Assembly (NCBI GenBank): GCA_035649695.1
Contig: DASRJA010000613.1
Span: 1 to 47,542, forward strand
Length of the DNA: 47,542 bases
Direction of reading: 5' to 3'
Source of the DNA: Mycobacterium sp.
GTDB lineage: Bacteria; Actinomycetota; Actinomycetes; Mycobacteriales; Mycobacteriaceae
The position numbers were made by a program, and so were the translations under genes. This document shows, in pieces, positions 29,527 through 38,552 of the stretch. Each line of letters begins with the position of its first letter. Position 1 is the stretch's first letter. The notes beneath the pieces are model-generated. The model had not been told where the DNA came from. It ran no database searches and was given only the letters and a program-made list of their open reading frames with translations.

Positions 29527-32483
29527 CTCCGATCGCAAGCCAGATTGCTGTCGTCGGCATGGACTGCCGATTCCCCTGTGCCACAGACATCGACGAGATG
29601 TGGCGGCTGCTAATGGCCGGAGAGGTCGCCAAGAGTGTGGTGCCCGCCGACCGGTGGGACATCGACCGCTTCCACAGCACACAGATACGGCCGGGCACCA
29701 TGAACACCCGGTACGCCCACTTCATCGACGACGCCGACCTGTTCGATCACGAATTCTTCGGTATCTCACCGCTCGAAGCGGCCGCCCTCGACCCGCAGCA
29801 ACGCCTGGTCCTGCAATCCGTTTGGCGCGCATTGGAAGACGCAGCCATCGACCCGCGCGCACTTGCCGGCACCGAGGCAGGTGTGTTCGTGGGCATGATG
29901 CTGAGCGAGTGGGGCGCGCTCAATCTGTTGGACTTTCCATCGCTGACGTCGCAGCGCGGAATCGGCGGTGGACACTCGATGGTCGCAAACCGGGTGTCGT
30001 ACCACCTCAACCTCACCGGGCCGAGCGTCACGGTCGACACGGCGTGCTCATCGTCTCTTACGGCCGTACACCTCGGCTGCCAGGCTTTGGCCTCAGGCGA
30101 CACCGACCTCGTCGTGGCCTCAGGTGTGAACATTCTGCTGACCCCTGCACTGTCCATCTTCTATACCCAGGCCGGGCTGTCCGCACCGGACGGCACCTGT
30201 AAACCGTTCAGCGCCAACGCCGACGGCATCGGCCGCGGAGAGGGTGTCGGCACTGTGGTGCTGCGGCGGCTCGACGACGCGGTCGCCGACCGCCAGCCCA
30301 TCTATTCGGTCATCGCCGGCAGTGCCACCAACCAGGACGGCAAGAGCAGCGGTATCACCGCGCCGAACCGCTGGGCTCAGTCCAAGGTGATGCAGCGCGC
30401 ACTCGATCGCGCGGGCGCGGCCGCCAGCGATGTCACGTTCGTCGAAGCCCATGGCACGGGTACGACGTTGGGCGACATGATCGAAGCGAACGCGCTCGGC
30501 GACCTGCACCGCACCGGCCGCGGCGCCCCGTGCCTCCTCGGCTCAATCAAGGGCAACATCGGGCACGCCGAAGGGGCGGCAGGCATCGCGTCGCTGATCA
30601 AGACCAGCCTCGCGCTGTCGAGGGGGTTGCTTCCCCCGACCGTTGCGGCAGCCGGACCCAACCCGGCCCTACGGCTGGACCAGCAGGGCCTGACGCTGGC
30701 CACCACGGCAGCCGAGCTGGGCGATGGCCCGGTGCTCGCAGGTGTCAGCTCGTTCGGGATCGGCGGCAGCAACGTGCACGTGCTATTGACCTCCCCTCCC
30801 GCCGTCACGGCGGTGCCCGAGGTCCATGACGACGACGAGGTGGGTGTCATCACCGTGTCCGCGCACTCATCGGATGCGTTGCGCCGCAACGCCACTGCGC
30901 TGGCCAACGCCCTCGATGAGAACAACGACGACGCCGTCGCCGCCTTGTGCTACACCAGCAACCAAGTCAAGTCGTCGCTCAAACACCGGTTCGCTGCAGC
31001 GGGCACCCGCAACGAGTTGATCGGTGCCCTGCTCGGTTACGACATGTCCGCGCGCACCGAGAAGTCGCCTCGTCGCGGCGGCAGGCTGCGGATCGGCCTG
31101 CTGTGCACCGGACAGGGTGCCCAGTACCCCGGGATGACTCAGGCGCTCTACCGCACCTGCCCGCCGTACCGTGAGCATCTGACGCGGGCCGCCGCCGCCG
31201 TCGATACCACCTTCGCGGGACCTAATGGATTGCTCACCAACATGTTTCGCGGCGGCGACGTCATCGACACCACCGAGTACGCTCAACCGGCACTGTTCGC
31301 GGTGTCGTATGCCATCGGCGCGGCGCTACTCGACCTCGGTGTCGAGCCGACGTTCCTGATCGGCCACAGCGTGGGCGAATTCGCGGCTGCAGCGCTAGCT
31401 GAGGTCTTGACGCTCGACGAAGCGGCCGGCCTGGTGGTTGCCCGTGGCGCGGTGATGCAGCAACTGCCGAAGGGCGGTGCGATGAGTGCGGTCGACGTCC
31501 CCGCCGAACAGGTTGCGAATCTTGTTGCAGAAGAGCCAACCTGTGGAATCGCCGCTATCAACGGACCGGCCTCGACGGTGGTGTCCGGGCCCGCCGCCGC
31601 TGTCGATCGCATCACCACAGCACTTGCCCGCGGCGGCGCAAAGGTCACGTCACTGCCCGTCTCGCACGCTTTCCATTCGCCCCTCATGGCGCCTGCGCAG
31701 GACGCGTTCCGCGCTATCGCCGGCGCAGTGACACCGCGGAAGGCGACGATCCCGATCATCTCGACCGTGCACGGCACGATCGTCGACGGCACCGACATGG
31801 ACGCCGACTACTGGGCCGCCCAGCTCACGTCGACGGTGCGATTCATGGATGCGATGCGTACCGCCACCACGCAGGCGTCCCCGACCCACCTCGTCGAACT
31901 CGGCCCGCGCACGACCCTGCTGGCGCATGCGCGGCGCGGCGGCATCGACATGGACGTGGCAACCCTCGCGCCCTGCGTCGGGCCCGACGACGACGGCGCC
32001 GGTTTCGCGCGGGTCGTCGCCCGTCTGTACAGCGACGGGCTCACCACCCAGTTCGACCATCTCTACGATGCGGAGTCACGGACTCTGAAACGGTTGCCGC
32101 CCTATGTCTTCGGCGACGGATCCCGGTTCTGGCGCGTACTGGACACAGCGGCGGTCACTGGCTCGGTATCCACTGCGACGTCGGTCGTGGCTACTGAACC
32201 AGGCCCCGCGTCCGAGATAGCCGACGCCGCGCCGCTCGCCTCGCGTATCCGGCAGCTCATCGCCGACATCGGCGGCTACACCGTCGAGCAGATCGATCCC
32301 AACGCGCTCCTCGGCGCGGACCTGGGCTACGACTCCCTGCTGCAGCTTCGCCTCATCGAGTCGATCCGCACCGAGTATCCAGAGCTGCAGGAGGCGCCTG
32401 TCAGCGAATTGTTAAGTGCGATAGAGAATGTCGACGATGTAGTGCGCTACGTCGCCGACCGGTTGGCGGAGGTGGCCCGATGA
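29523..32483 (+). CDS. Single-module type I PKS (KS-AT-ACP)
   Basis: KS: DPQQR, DTACSSS, HGTGT, NIGH. AT: GQGAQ, GHSVG, HAFH (malonyl-type). ACP: LGYDSL. At 986 aa there is no room for KR, DH, ER or TE. Confidence 0.95.
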   Translation: MTPIASQIAVVGMDCRFPCATDIDEMWRLLMAGEVAKSVVPADRWDIDRFHSTQIRPGTMNTRYAHFIDDADLFDHEFFGISPLEAAALDPQQRLVLQSVWRALEDAAIDPRALAGTEAGVFVGMMLSEWGALNLLDFPSLTSQRGIGGGHSMVANRVSYHLNLTGPSVTVDTACSSSLTAVHLGCQALASGDTDLVVASGVNILLTPALSIFYTQAGLSAPDGTCKPFSANADGIGRGEGVGTVVLRRLDDAVADRQPIYSVIAGSATNQDGKSSGITAPNRWAQSKVMQRALDRAGAAASDVTFVEAHGTGTTLGDMIEANALGDLHRTGRGAPCLLGSIKGNIGHAEGAAGIASLIKTSLALSRGLLPPTVAAAGPNPALRLDQQGLTLATTAAELGDGPVLAGVSSFGIGGSNVHVLLTSPPAVTAVPEVHDDDEVGVITVSAHSSDALRRNATALANALDENNDDAVAALCYTSNQVKSSLKHRFAAAGTRNELIGALLGYDMSARTEKSPRRGGRLRIGLLCTGQGAQYPGMTQALYRTCPPYREHLTRAAAAVDTTFAGPNGLLTNMFRGGDVIDTTEYAQPALFAVSYAIGAALLDLGVEPTFLIGHSVGEFAAAALAEVLTLDEAAGLVVARGAVMQQLPKGGAMSAVDVPAEQVANLVAEEPTCGIAAINGPASTVVSGPAAAVDRITTALARGGAKVTSLPVSHAFHSPLMAPAQDAFRAIAGAVTPRKATIPIISTVHGTIVDGTDMDADYWAAQLTSTVRFMDAMRTATTQASPTHLVELGPRTTLLAHARRGGIDMDVATLAPCVGPDDDGAGFARVVARLYSDGLTTQFDHLYDAESRTLKRLPPYVFGDGSRFWRVLDTAAVTGSVSTATSVVATEPGPASEIADAAPLASRIRQLIADIGGYTVEQIDPNALLGADLGYDSLLQLRLIESIRTEYPELQEAPVSELLSAIENVDDVVRYVADRLAEVAR

Positions 32484-34159
32484 CCATCGTCGATATCGTT
32501 GCGGCCCGCGCAACGTCGGAATCGCTGGCATACGTCTATCTCGCAGACGGCACCCCGGCCAGTGAGCTGCGCTGGTCGTTCGCGGACACGGCGAGCCGCA
32601 CCCGCGCCTATGCCGCGCACCTCCGCGATCGAGGTATCAGTGCCGGACACCGCGTCGTGCTCGCGATCAATCCGAGCCTCGACTACATCGCGGCCCTGTA
32701 CGGCATCATGTGGCTGGGCGCCATCCCCGTCCCGTGCTTCCCGCCCCTGCGCACAAAGGAACTGGACCGCTTCGGAGCGATCACGGTCGACTGCGCGCCG
32801 ACGGCCATCGTCATCGACGAGATGTACCGCGAGCCGATCGAGGCTCTGCGCCGTCGCCTCGAGTCCGTCGGCCTGGAGCCGACGGTCGTCTATGTCGAGC
32901 AGGTCGACGACGCAGGCGATGACTCCCCGCCCGTACCCACTGCTGCGCGTGACATCGCGCTGATCCAATACACCTCCGGCTCGACCGGGACGCCGAAGGG
33001 TGTCTGCCTCACCCACGCCAACCTGGTCAGTAACTGCGAGGCGCTCGGTCGCAACATGGGTCACGACCCGGACCGGATCGGGTTCTCCTGGCTGCCGCCC
33101 TATCACGACATGGGACTGATGGGCACGATCCTGGTGTCGATGTTCCAGGGTGTCCCGCTGGTCACGATGTCGCCGCTGCACTTCGTGCAGTCGCCCCGCC
33201 GCTGGCTCGAGGCCATCACCCAGTACAAGGTGACGATCGCCGTGGGACCGAACTTCTCCCTCGACATGTGCTCCGATGTGTTGGCCGACGGCGACAACAC
33301 CGACCTGGATCTCTCCACACTCGAGCGGCTGTACTGCGGGGCCGAGCCGATCAGCATCGATACGCTCGCACGGTTCGAGAAAGCCGCGGCGCCGCTGGGT
33401 TTCAACCTGGACGCCTTGGTGCCGTGCTACGGGATGGCGGAGACGACGCTGTACGTGTCGGGGAAGAGCCCCGGCCGCAACTATCACACCGAGCCCTCAC
33501 CCGAACCGTCCGCGCTGCCGCGGGACGTCGTCAGCTGCGGGAAGGTCGACCCCGAGCACACCGTTCGGATCGTCGAGCCCACCAGTCTCGAGGCTTTGAG
33601 CGACGGACGCATAGGTGAAATCTGGGTGGCAGGCCCAAGCGTCGCGGCGGGCTACCACGATCGGCATTACCTGACACGCAGGGTATTTGGCGCGCGAATC
33701 GCCGGCGAGCTGGGTGGGTACTTGCGGACGGGTGATCTCGGCTTCGTCCGATCCGGTGAGCTGTTCGTCACGGGGCGCATCAAAGACCTGATCATCGTCA
33801 ACGGGCGCAATATCTATCCGCAGGACGTCGAGGCCAACGTTGGACGCGCAGACCCCGCCGTCCGTATCGCGGTGGCCTTCTCGATTCCCGGTGACAACTC
33901 CGAACAGCTGTGTGTCATCGCCGAAGTCGGCCAGCCGCAGGTGACCGCACAGGTGCACGCTCGGTTGGTCGATGCGATACGGGCCAGCGTGACATCGGAA
34001 TTCGGCATCCGACCGCATGTCCACATCGGACCGAAGCGCACGGTGCCGACCACGACCAGCGGGAAGGTACGCCGTCAGGAGACCCGGCGGATGTTCCTGG
34101 CCGACGAACTACTTTCCGTCCCAATCGATTCACCAGCCACACAGGAGTGCACGGCATGA
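32480..34159 (+). CDS. Fatty acyl-AMP ligase 2 (CayA/PgnD/JamA-like position)
   Basis: YTSGSTGTPKG, SWLPPYHDMGL, CGAEPI, CYGMAETTL, RTGDLG, GRIKDLIIVNGRNIYPQD and TTSGKV. Confidence 0.92.
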   Translation: MTIVDIVAARATSESLAYVYLADGTPASELRWSFADTASRTRAYAAHLRDRGISAGHRVVLAINPSLDYIAALYGIMWLGAIPVPCFPPLRTKELDRFGAITVDCAPTAIVIDEMYREPIEALRRRLESVGLEPTVVYVEQVDDAGDDSPPVPTAARDIALIQYTSGSTGTPKGVCLTHANLVSNCEALGRNMGHDPDRIGFSWLPPYHDMGLMGTILVSMFQGVPLVTMSPLHFVQSPRRWLEAITQYKVTIAVGPNFSLDMCSDVLADGDNTDLDLSTLERLYCGAEPISIDTLARFEKAAAPLGFNLDALVPCYGMAETTLYVSGKSPGRNYHTEPSPEPSALPRDVVSCGKVDPEHTVRIVEPTSLEALSDGRIGEIWVAGPSVAAGYHDRHYLTRRVFGARIAGELGGYLRTGDLGFVRSGELFVTGRIKDLIIVNGRNIYPQDVEANVGRADPAVRIAVAFSIPGDNSEQLCVIAEVGQPQVTAQVHARLVDAIRASVTSEFGIRPHVHIGPKRTVPTTTSGKVRRQETRRMFLADELLSVPIDSPATQECTA

Positions 34160-35097
34160 GTCAGCTGGCATCCACACGACACCCGGCACCGAACGAGCAA
34201 GCACCGCTGCCTGAACGCGACGTCCTGGCATCGCGCCTCGCCTACCTCACGGTCGGCATCCCCACCTTGGGAACGGTCGCCGCCGTCGGCTACGCGATCA
34301 GCGACGGGCTGTGGCTGTCCGACGTCCTGGTGTTCCTTGCGATGTACCTGATCACAGGGCTGGGGGTGGAGGGGGGCCTGCACCGCTACTTCACGCATCG
34401 CTCGTTCGTGGCGTCCGAACCAGTGAAGGTGGTCCTCGCGGTCGCAGGCTCGATGGCCGCGCAGGGTCCCGTGATCTTCTGGGTGGCGAATCACCGGCTA
34501 CACCACGCCTTCGCCGACACCGATCGCGATCCGCATTCCCCCCAACCGCAGGGACCAGGGTGGTGGGGCCGGGTAAAGGGACTGTGGCACGGCCACATTG
34601 GCTGGCTGTTCACGGTGAACAAGATCGACTGGAGTCGTCACACTCGCGACTGGTTGCAGGACCGCCGCGTGATGAAGATCAACGGGCACTACTTCACCGT
34701 GGTTCTGGCGGGCATCGTCATTCCGGGACTGGTCGGTGGCCTTGCCACTCAATCGATGCACGGCTTCGTCGGAGGCATCCTCTGGGGCGGCTTCGTTCGG
34801 ATCTTCGCACTCGACCATGCGACCTGGGTGGTGAACTCCCTCGGCCACACAATCGGAAACCGCGAGTTCCACATCCGCGACCAGAGCCGCAATATCGGAG
34901 TTCTCGCGCCACCCACCATGGGCGGGTCGTGGCACAACAACCATCACGCCCGGCCCAGCCTCGCGCAGACCCGCCGACACTGGTGGCAGCTCGATCTCGT
35001 GGGGGATTTCATCGGGCTGCTCGACCGCGTCGGACTCGTCAGCAACGTCCGCTACCCCAACACGCAAGAAGAGAACCATGATGATCGAAACAGCTAG
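34156..35097 (+). CDS. Membrane delta9-like desaturase/acetylenase 1
   Basis: His boxes HRYFTH, HRLHH, NSLGH and HNNHH, plus DPHSP. ATG at 34156 overlaps the FAAL stop. Confidence 0.92.
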   Translation: MSQLASTRHPAPNEQAPLPERDVLASRLAYLTVGIPTLGTVAAVGYAISDGLWLSDVLVFLAMYLITGLGVEGGLHRYFTHRSFVASEPVKVVLAVAGSMAAQGPVIFWVANHRLHHAFADTDRDPHSPQPQGPGWWGRVKGLWHGHIGWLFTVNKIDWSRHTRDWLQDRRVMKINGHYFTVVLAGIVIPGLVGGLATQSMHGFVGGILWGGFVRIFALDHATWVVNSLGHTIGNREFHIRDQSRNIGVLAPPTMGGSWHNNHHARPSLAQTRRHWWQLDLVGDFIGLLDRVGLVSNVRYPNTQEENHDDRNS

Positions 35098-36088
35098 TCC
35101 AACAACGGCTTCGGATTCCAGACAAGAGTCGCTGGCCCGGGCAATCGTGCAGTTGAACCCGAAGAGCGCGCGCGCCAAGCGCGTCGTCGCCGCGGTCACC
35201 GTTGGGATACCCGCGGTCGGCTTCGCCATTGCCGTGTACCTGGGCGTTGCCGGCACGGCCACTGCGTTGGACTACCTACTCTTCGCGGTGTTCTACGTGA
35301 TTCAGATGTTCGGCGTCAGCATCGGGTTTCATCGCTACCTCGCGCACAACTCGTTCAAGACCTCACCGTTCTTCGAGGGCGTACTGATGGTCACCGGGTC
35401 GATGGCCCTCGAAGGTCCAGTCCTGTTTTGGGTGAGCACCCACCGCCGCCACCACCGCTACTCCGACGAACTGGGCGATCCGCACTCACCGAACCTCAGT
35501 GGCAGCGGACTGGCCGGGAAGCTCAAAGGTCTTTGGTACGCCCATATTCCGTGGATGTTCAGCGACCAGGAGTCCCGAGTGACCGTGTTCGCTCCCGATG
35601 TGGTGCGGGATCGGCGCCTCTACTTCTACAACCGGACGTATCCCGTCTGGGCGTTGACGAGCCTGCTGCTCCCCGCGCTGTTGGGGTTCACGATCAGGGG
35701 CACGGCCGCAGCGGCGTTCTCCGGTTTCATCTTCGGTGGACTGGCGCGGGTGTTCGTCGCCAACCAGGCGGCCTGGTGCGTGGGGTCCGTCAGCCACATG
35801 ATCGGTTCGCGACCGTTCGCGACCAGAGATGACAGCGCCAACAACTGGCCGGTGGCCATCCTCACGTTCGGCGAGGGCCTGCAGAACAATCACCATGCCT
35901 TCCCGGGCGCCTACCGTCACGCAATGCGTTGGTGGGAACCAGATCTCAGCGGGTGGGTGATCGCCATACTCGCGAAGGCCGGCATCGTCTGGAGCCTCAA
36001 GATGCCGGACCGACAGAAGATCAATAGCCGTCTGCGACGCAATCGCCCGTCGGTGAAGTCCACCGACGAACTTAGGAAAGAAGGTTGA
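35078..36088 (+). CDS. Membrane delta9-like desaturase/acetylenase 2
   Basis: HRYLAH, HRRHH, DPHSP, GSVSH and GEGLQNNHH. Confidence 0.92.
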   Translation: MMIETASPTTASDSRQESLARAIVQLNPKSARAKRVVAAVTVGIPAVGFAIAVYLGVAGTATALDYLLFAVFYVIQMFGVSIGFHRYLAHNSFKTSPFFEGVLMVTGSMALEGPVLFWVSTHRRHHRYSDELGDPHSPNLSGSGLAGKLKGLWYAHIPWMFSDQESRVTVFAPDVVRDRRLYFYNRTYPVWALTSLLLPALLGFTIRGTAAAAFSGFIFGGLARVFVANQAAWCVGSVSHMIGSRPFATRDDSANNWPVAILTFGEGLQNNHHAFPGAYRHAMRWWEPDLSGWVIAILAKAGIVWSLKMPDRQKINSRLRRNRPSVKSTDELRKEG

Positions 36089-36091
36089 ACA

Positions 36092-36382
36092 ATGTTCGGA
36101 CGCAATAGAACCGCCACGATAGACGGCCCGCTCACACACGAGAAGCTACGGTCGTGGTTGATCGCGGAGCTGGCGCGGATGGTGAAGATCGACCAGGCAC
36201 AGGTCGACACCGCCAAGCCGTTCCAGGCCTACGGCCTGGACTCGCGTGCCGCCGTTCAAGTTTCGGGGGCTTTGGAGAAGGTTGTGGAGCGTCGGCTCTC
36301 GCCAGGAATCCTCTTCGACCACGAGACGATCGACGAGCTCGCGGATCACCTCGTGGGTGAACTGCAGCTCGAGCGCGGCTGA
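36092..36382 (+). CDS. Acyl carrier protein 3
   Basis: LRSWL, FQAYGLDS and FDHETIDELA. Confidence 0.9.
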   Translation: MFGRNRTATIDGPLTHEKLRSWLIAELARMVKIDQAQVDTAKPFQAYGLDSRAAVQVSGALEKVVERRLSPGILFDHETIDELADHLVGELQLERG

Positions 36383-36398
36383 GCACAGGAGATGCGTC

Positions 36399-37484
36399 AT
36401 GACGAAATTCGTCACCCTCACCGATCCTGACCCACGGTTCACGGAGTTCATCGAGAAGAGCAACACCCTCGAAGGCGCGAAGCTCGCTGCCGCCATCCCG
36501 AAGGAGTACGTGCAACCCTCACTGGCACGCGGGCTCCTCGGCCTTGCGGCCAGCCTGTCGGTGTATGTCGGCGCCATCGTCGCGATGGCCGTTCTCGATC
36601 GGTGGTACCTGGTAGTTCCCCTGGCTATCTTGGCGGGTCTGGGCGGGTGGGGCCTGCACTGCATCGCACACGAGTGCGGGCACGGATCATTCTCCCGAAA
36701 TCGCCGGTTGAACTTCGTGATCGGGCACCTGACCCTTGTGCATCTGCTGTATCCGTTTCACGCGTGGCGTCATGTTCACAACCTGCATCACGCCCACACC
36801 AACAGCCTGGAGCTCGACACCGACTGGGCGCCCATTCCCGAGGCGGTCTACCACCGGATGGCGTTGCGGGACCGAATGATCTACATCAGTGTGCGCACGT
36901 GGGCGGTGTGGGGCGGGACCATCCACCACTGGCTGCAATCGGGTCTGCGCCCGTCCTACTTCCCGAAGCGAGAGATGCGCCGGGACGCGCGCCGGTCGAT
37001 GGCGTTCGTTGCCGTCGTCGGAGGCGCCTACCTCGCCGCGTTGACGTACTTCACCGGCTGGCAAGGTCTACTGCTGTACTTCGTCGCGCCGTGGTTCGCC
37101 ACCCACGTGTGGTTCAGTATCACGACACTGATGCATCACAGCGCCGAGGACATCCCATACCTGACGTCCGAGCACTGGACGCGCAATGCCAGCAAGTTGC
37201 TCGTGACGACGGATTTCGTGTATCCGCGGTGGCTGCTGTTCCTCACCCACAACATCTCGCTGCATACCGCACATCACGTGTCGCCCGCCGTGCCGTTCTA
37301 CCACCTCGGCAAGGCGCAGGCTGCGCTGCTGCAGGCGTACCCCGAGATGATGCGGGTGGAGAAGGCGAGTGCGCGCAAACTATGGAACATCCTGCGCAAC
37401 TGCAGGTTCTACGATCCGGTCTCCGGGCTGTATTCGACGCGCCCGATGCGTCGGGTCGTCCCCCAGCAGAAGGAATCAGCGTGA
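36399..37484 (+). CDS. Membrane delta12/omega6-like desaturase/acetylenase 3
   Basis: HECGH, HNLHH and HTAHH His boxes, plus VPFYHL. ATG at 36399 after AGGAG. Confidence 0.92.
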   Translation: MTKFVTLTDPDPRFTEFIEKSNTLEGAKLAAAIPKEYVQPSLARGLLGLAASLSVYVGAIVAMAVLDRWYLVVPLAILAGLGGWGLHCIAHECGHGSFSRNRRLNFVIGHLTLVHLLYPFHAWRHVHNLHHAHTNSLELDTDWAPIPEAVYHRMALRDRMIYISVRTWAVWGGTIHHWLQSGLRPSYFPKREMRRDARRSMAFVAVVGGAYLAALTYFTGWQGLLLYFVAPWFATHVWFSITTLMHHSAEDIPYLTSEHWTRNASKLLVTTDFVYPRWLLFLTHNISLHTAHHVSPAVPFYHLGKAQAALLQAYPEMMRVEKASARKLWNILRNCRFYDPVSGLYSTRPMRRVVPQQKESA

Positions 37485-38317
37485 GCGCCGGATTGTTTGT
37501 GGCCCAGGCCTTGACACGCGCACATCGGATCGCACCGCGGGCTGCTGGGTACGTCTGGACGAGCATCTTCACCAACACCCGCGGGCTCGGCACCGCGCCG
37601 AACGACCTGTGCCCCTTGGGCGCCAGCCGCGTGGAACTGACGGGCGTGCCGAGGGTCGCGGCGGTGTATGTGTGGGGCAGCGCGGAGCCGACGGTTCTTG
37701 CGCTGCACGGATGGGGAGCCGACAGCACCACCATGTCAAGCGTGGTGGCTGCGGCAGCCGACAGCGGCGAGTCGGCGGTGTGCTTCGACGCACCTGGGCA
37801 CGGAGCCTCGCCGGGAACACAAGCGACGATGAGGGAGTATTCAGACGCTACTCTCGCTGTCCTGCAACGGTTTCCGAGCATCACCACCATCGTCGCCCAC
37901 TCATTTGCGGCGATCGCCGCAGTCTCGGCCGTCGCAGCGGCCGCCGGCAACAGCGTGCGATTTCTGCTCCTGCTCGCTCCGGCGTGCTCACTGTCGGACG
38001 TTCTCGAACGATGGGCCGCTCATCGGGATCTGCCACCGGCGGTGGTCGAGCAGATTCGTCGTGAACTACGGCGCCGCGACGGCATGGAGGTATCTCATTG
38101 GGATGTCAGAACACTCGGTCTTCCGGCGTCGGTCCGAGTTCAGATCCTGCACGATCCGGCGGACGCCTTGGTGCCAGTGAGCGACTCGTACCGGATCGCG
38201 GCCAGCATCTCGGCGGAGATCCAAGCGACTATGCCAGGCGTTGGCCACCACCGGGTCATCTCCTGCGACGAGATGCGACGGGCTTTGACTGCGCGGGCGA
38301 CCGCTTCCGATCGTTGA
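37481..38317 (+). CDS. Alpha/beta hydrolase, probable thioesterase of the polyyne core
   Basis: LHGWG, FDAPGHG, AHSFA (Ser), HDPAD (Asp) and GHHR (His); GTGA overlap with desaturase 3. Confidence 0.85.
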   Translation: MSAGLFVAQALTRAHRIAPRAAGYVWTSIFTNTRGLGTAPNDLCPLGASRVELTGVPRVAAVYVWGSAEPTVLALHGWGADSTTMSSVVAAAADSGESAVCFDAPGHGASPGTQATMREYSDATLAVLQRFPSITTIVAHSFAAIAAVSAVAAAAGNSVRFLLLLAPACSLSDVLERWAAHRDLPPAVVEQIRRELRRRDGMEVSHWDVRTLGLPASVRVQILHDPADALVPVSDSYRIAASISAEIQATMPGVGHHRVISCDEMRRALTARATASDR

Positions 38318-38552
38318 GTATGGCAATATCTCCGCTTGCCGGCGCTTGCTATGTTCCGTACGCGAGTGATGGGGAATTTCGCTCTCTATCTTGAGGGGTG
38401 GGCGGCTGATGGTGATTCAGCAGCGTGTCGAGGTAGCGGAGCCGTTCGCCGAGCCGTCGGCTCAGCTCTGGCACCCTGGTGAGGGCAGGGGGCCGAGCGC
38501 CTCGAGGGGCTACCTGTGCCGTCGCCATCGGACTCGGATCAGTATGTGACGG

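Larger units (their letters stand above)
23722..38317 (+). other. Putative polyyne/PKS hybrid biosynthetic operon (13 genes)
   Basis: All genes are co-oriented with overlaps or gaps under 30 bp. The 3' order FAAL-Des-Des-ACP-Des-TE matches the known polyyne core. Confidence 0.85.

Noticed and set aside
34156-37484. Desaturases as ordinary membrane-lipid DesA3-type genes
   Set aside because: There is no adjacent oxidoreductase partner, and the interleaved FAAL, ACP and TE match the polyyne layout better; a phylogeny is still needed.
36602-38317. 571-aa ORF suggesting a desaturase-thioesterase fusion
   Set aside because: The part before 37481 overlaps desaturase 3 in another frame and reads as shadow sequence. 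The hydrolase starts at the GTGA overlap, so these are separate genes.
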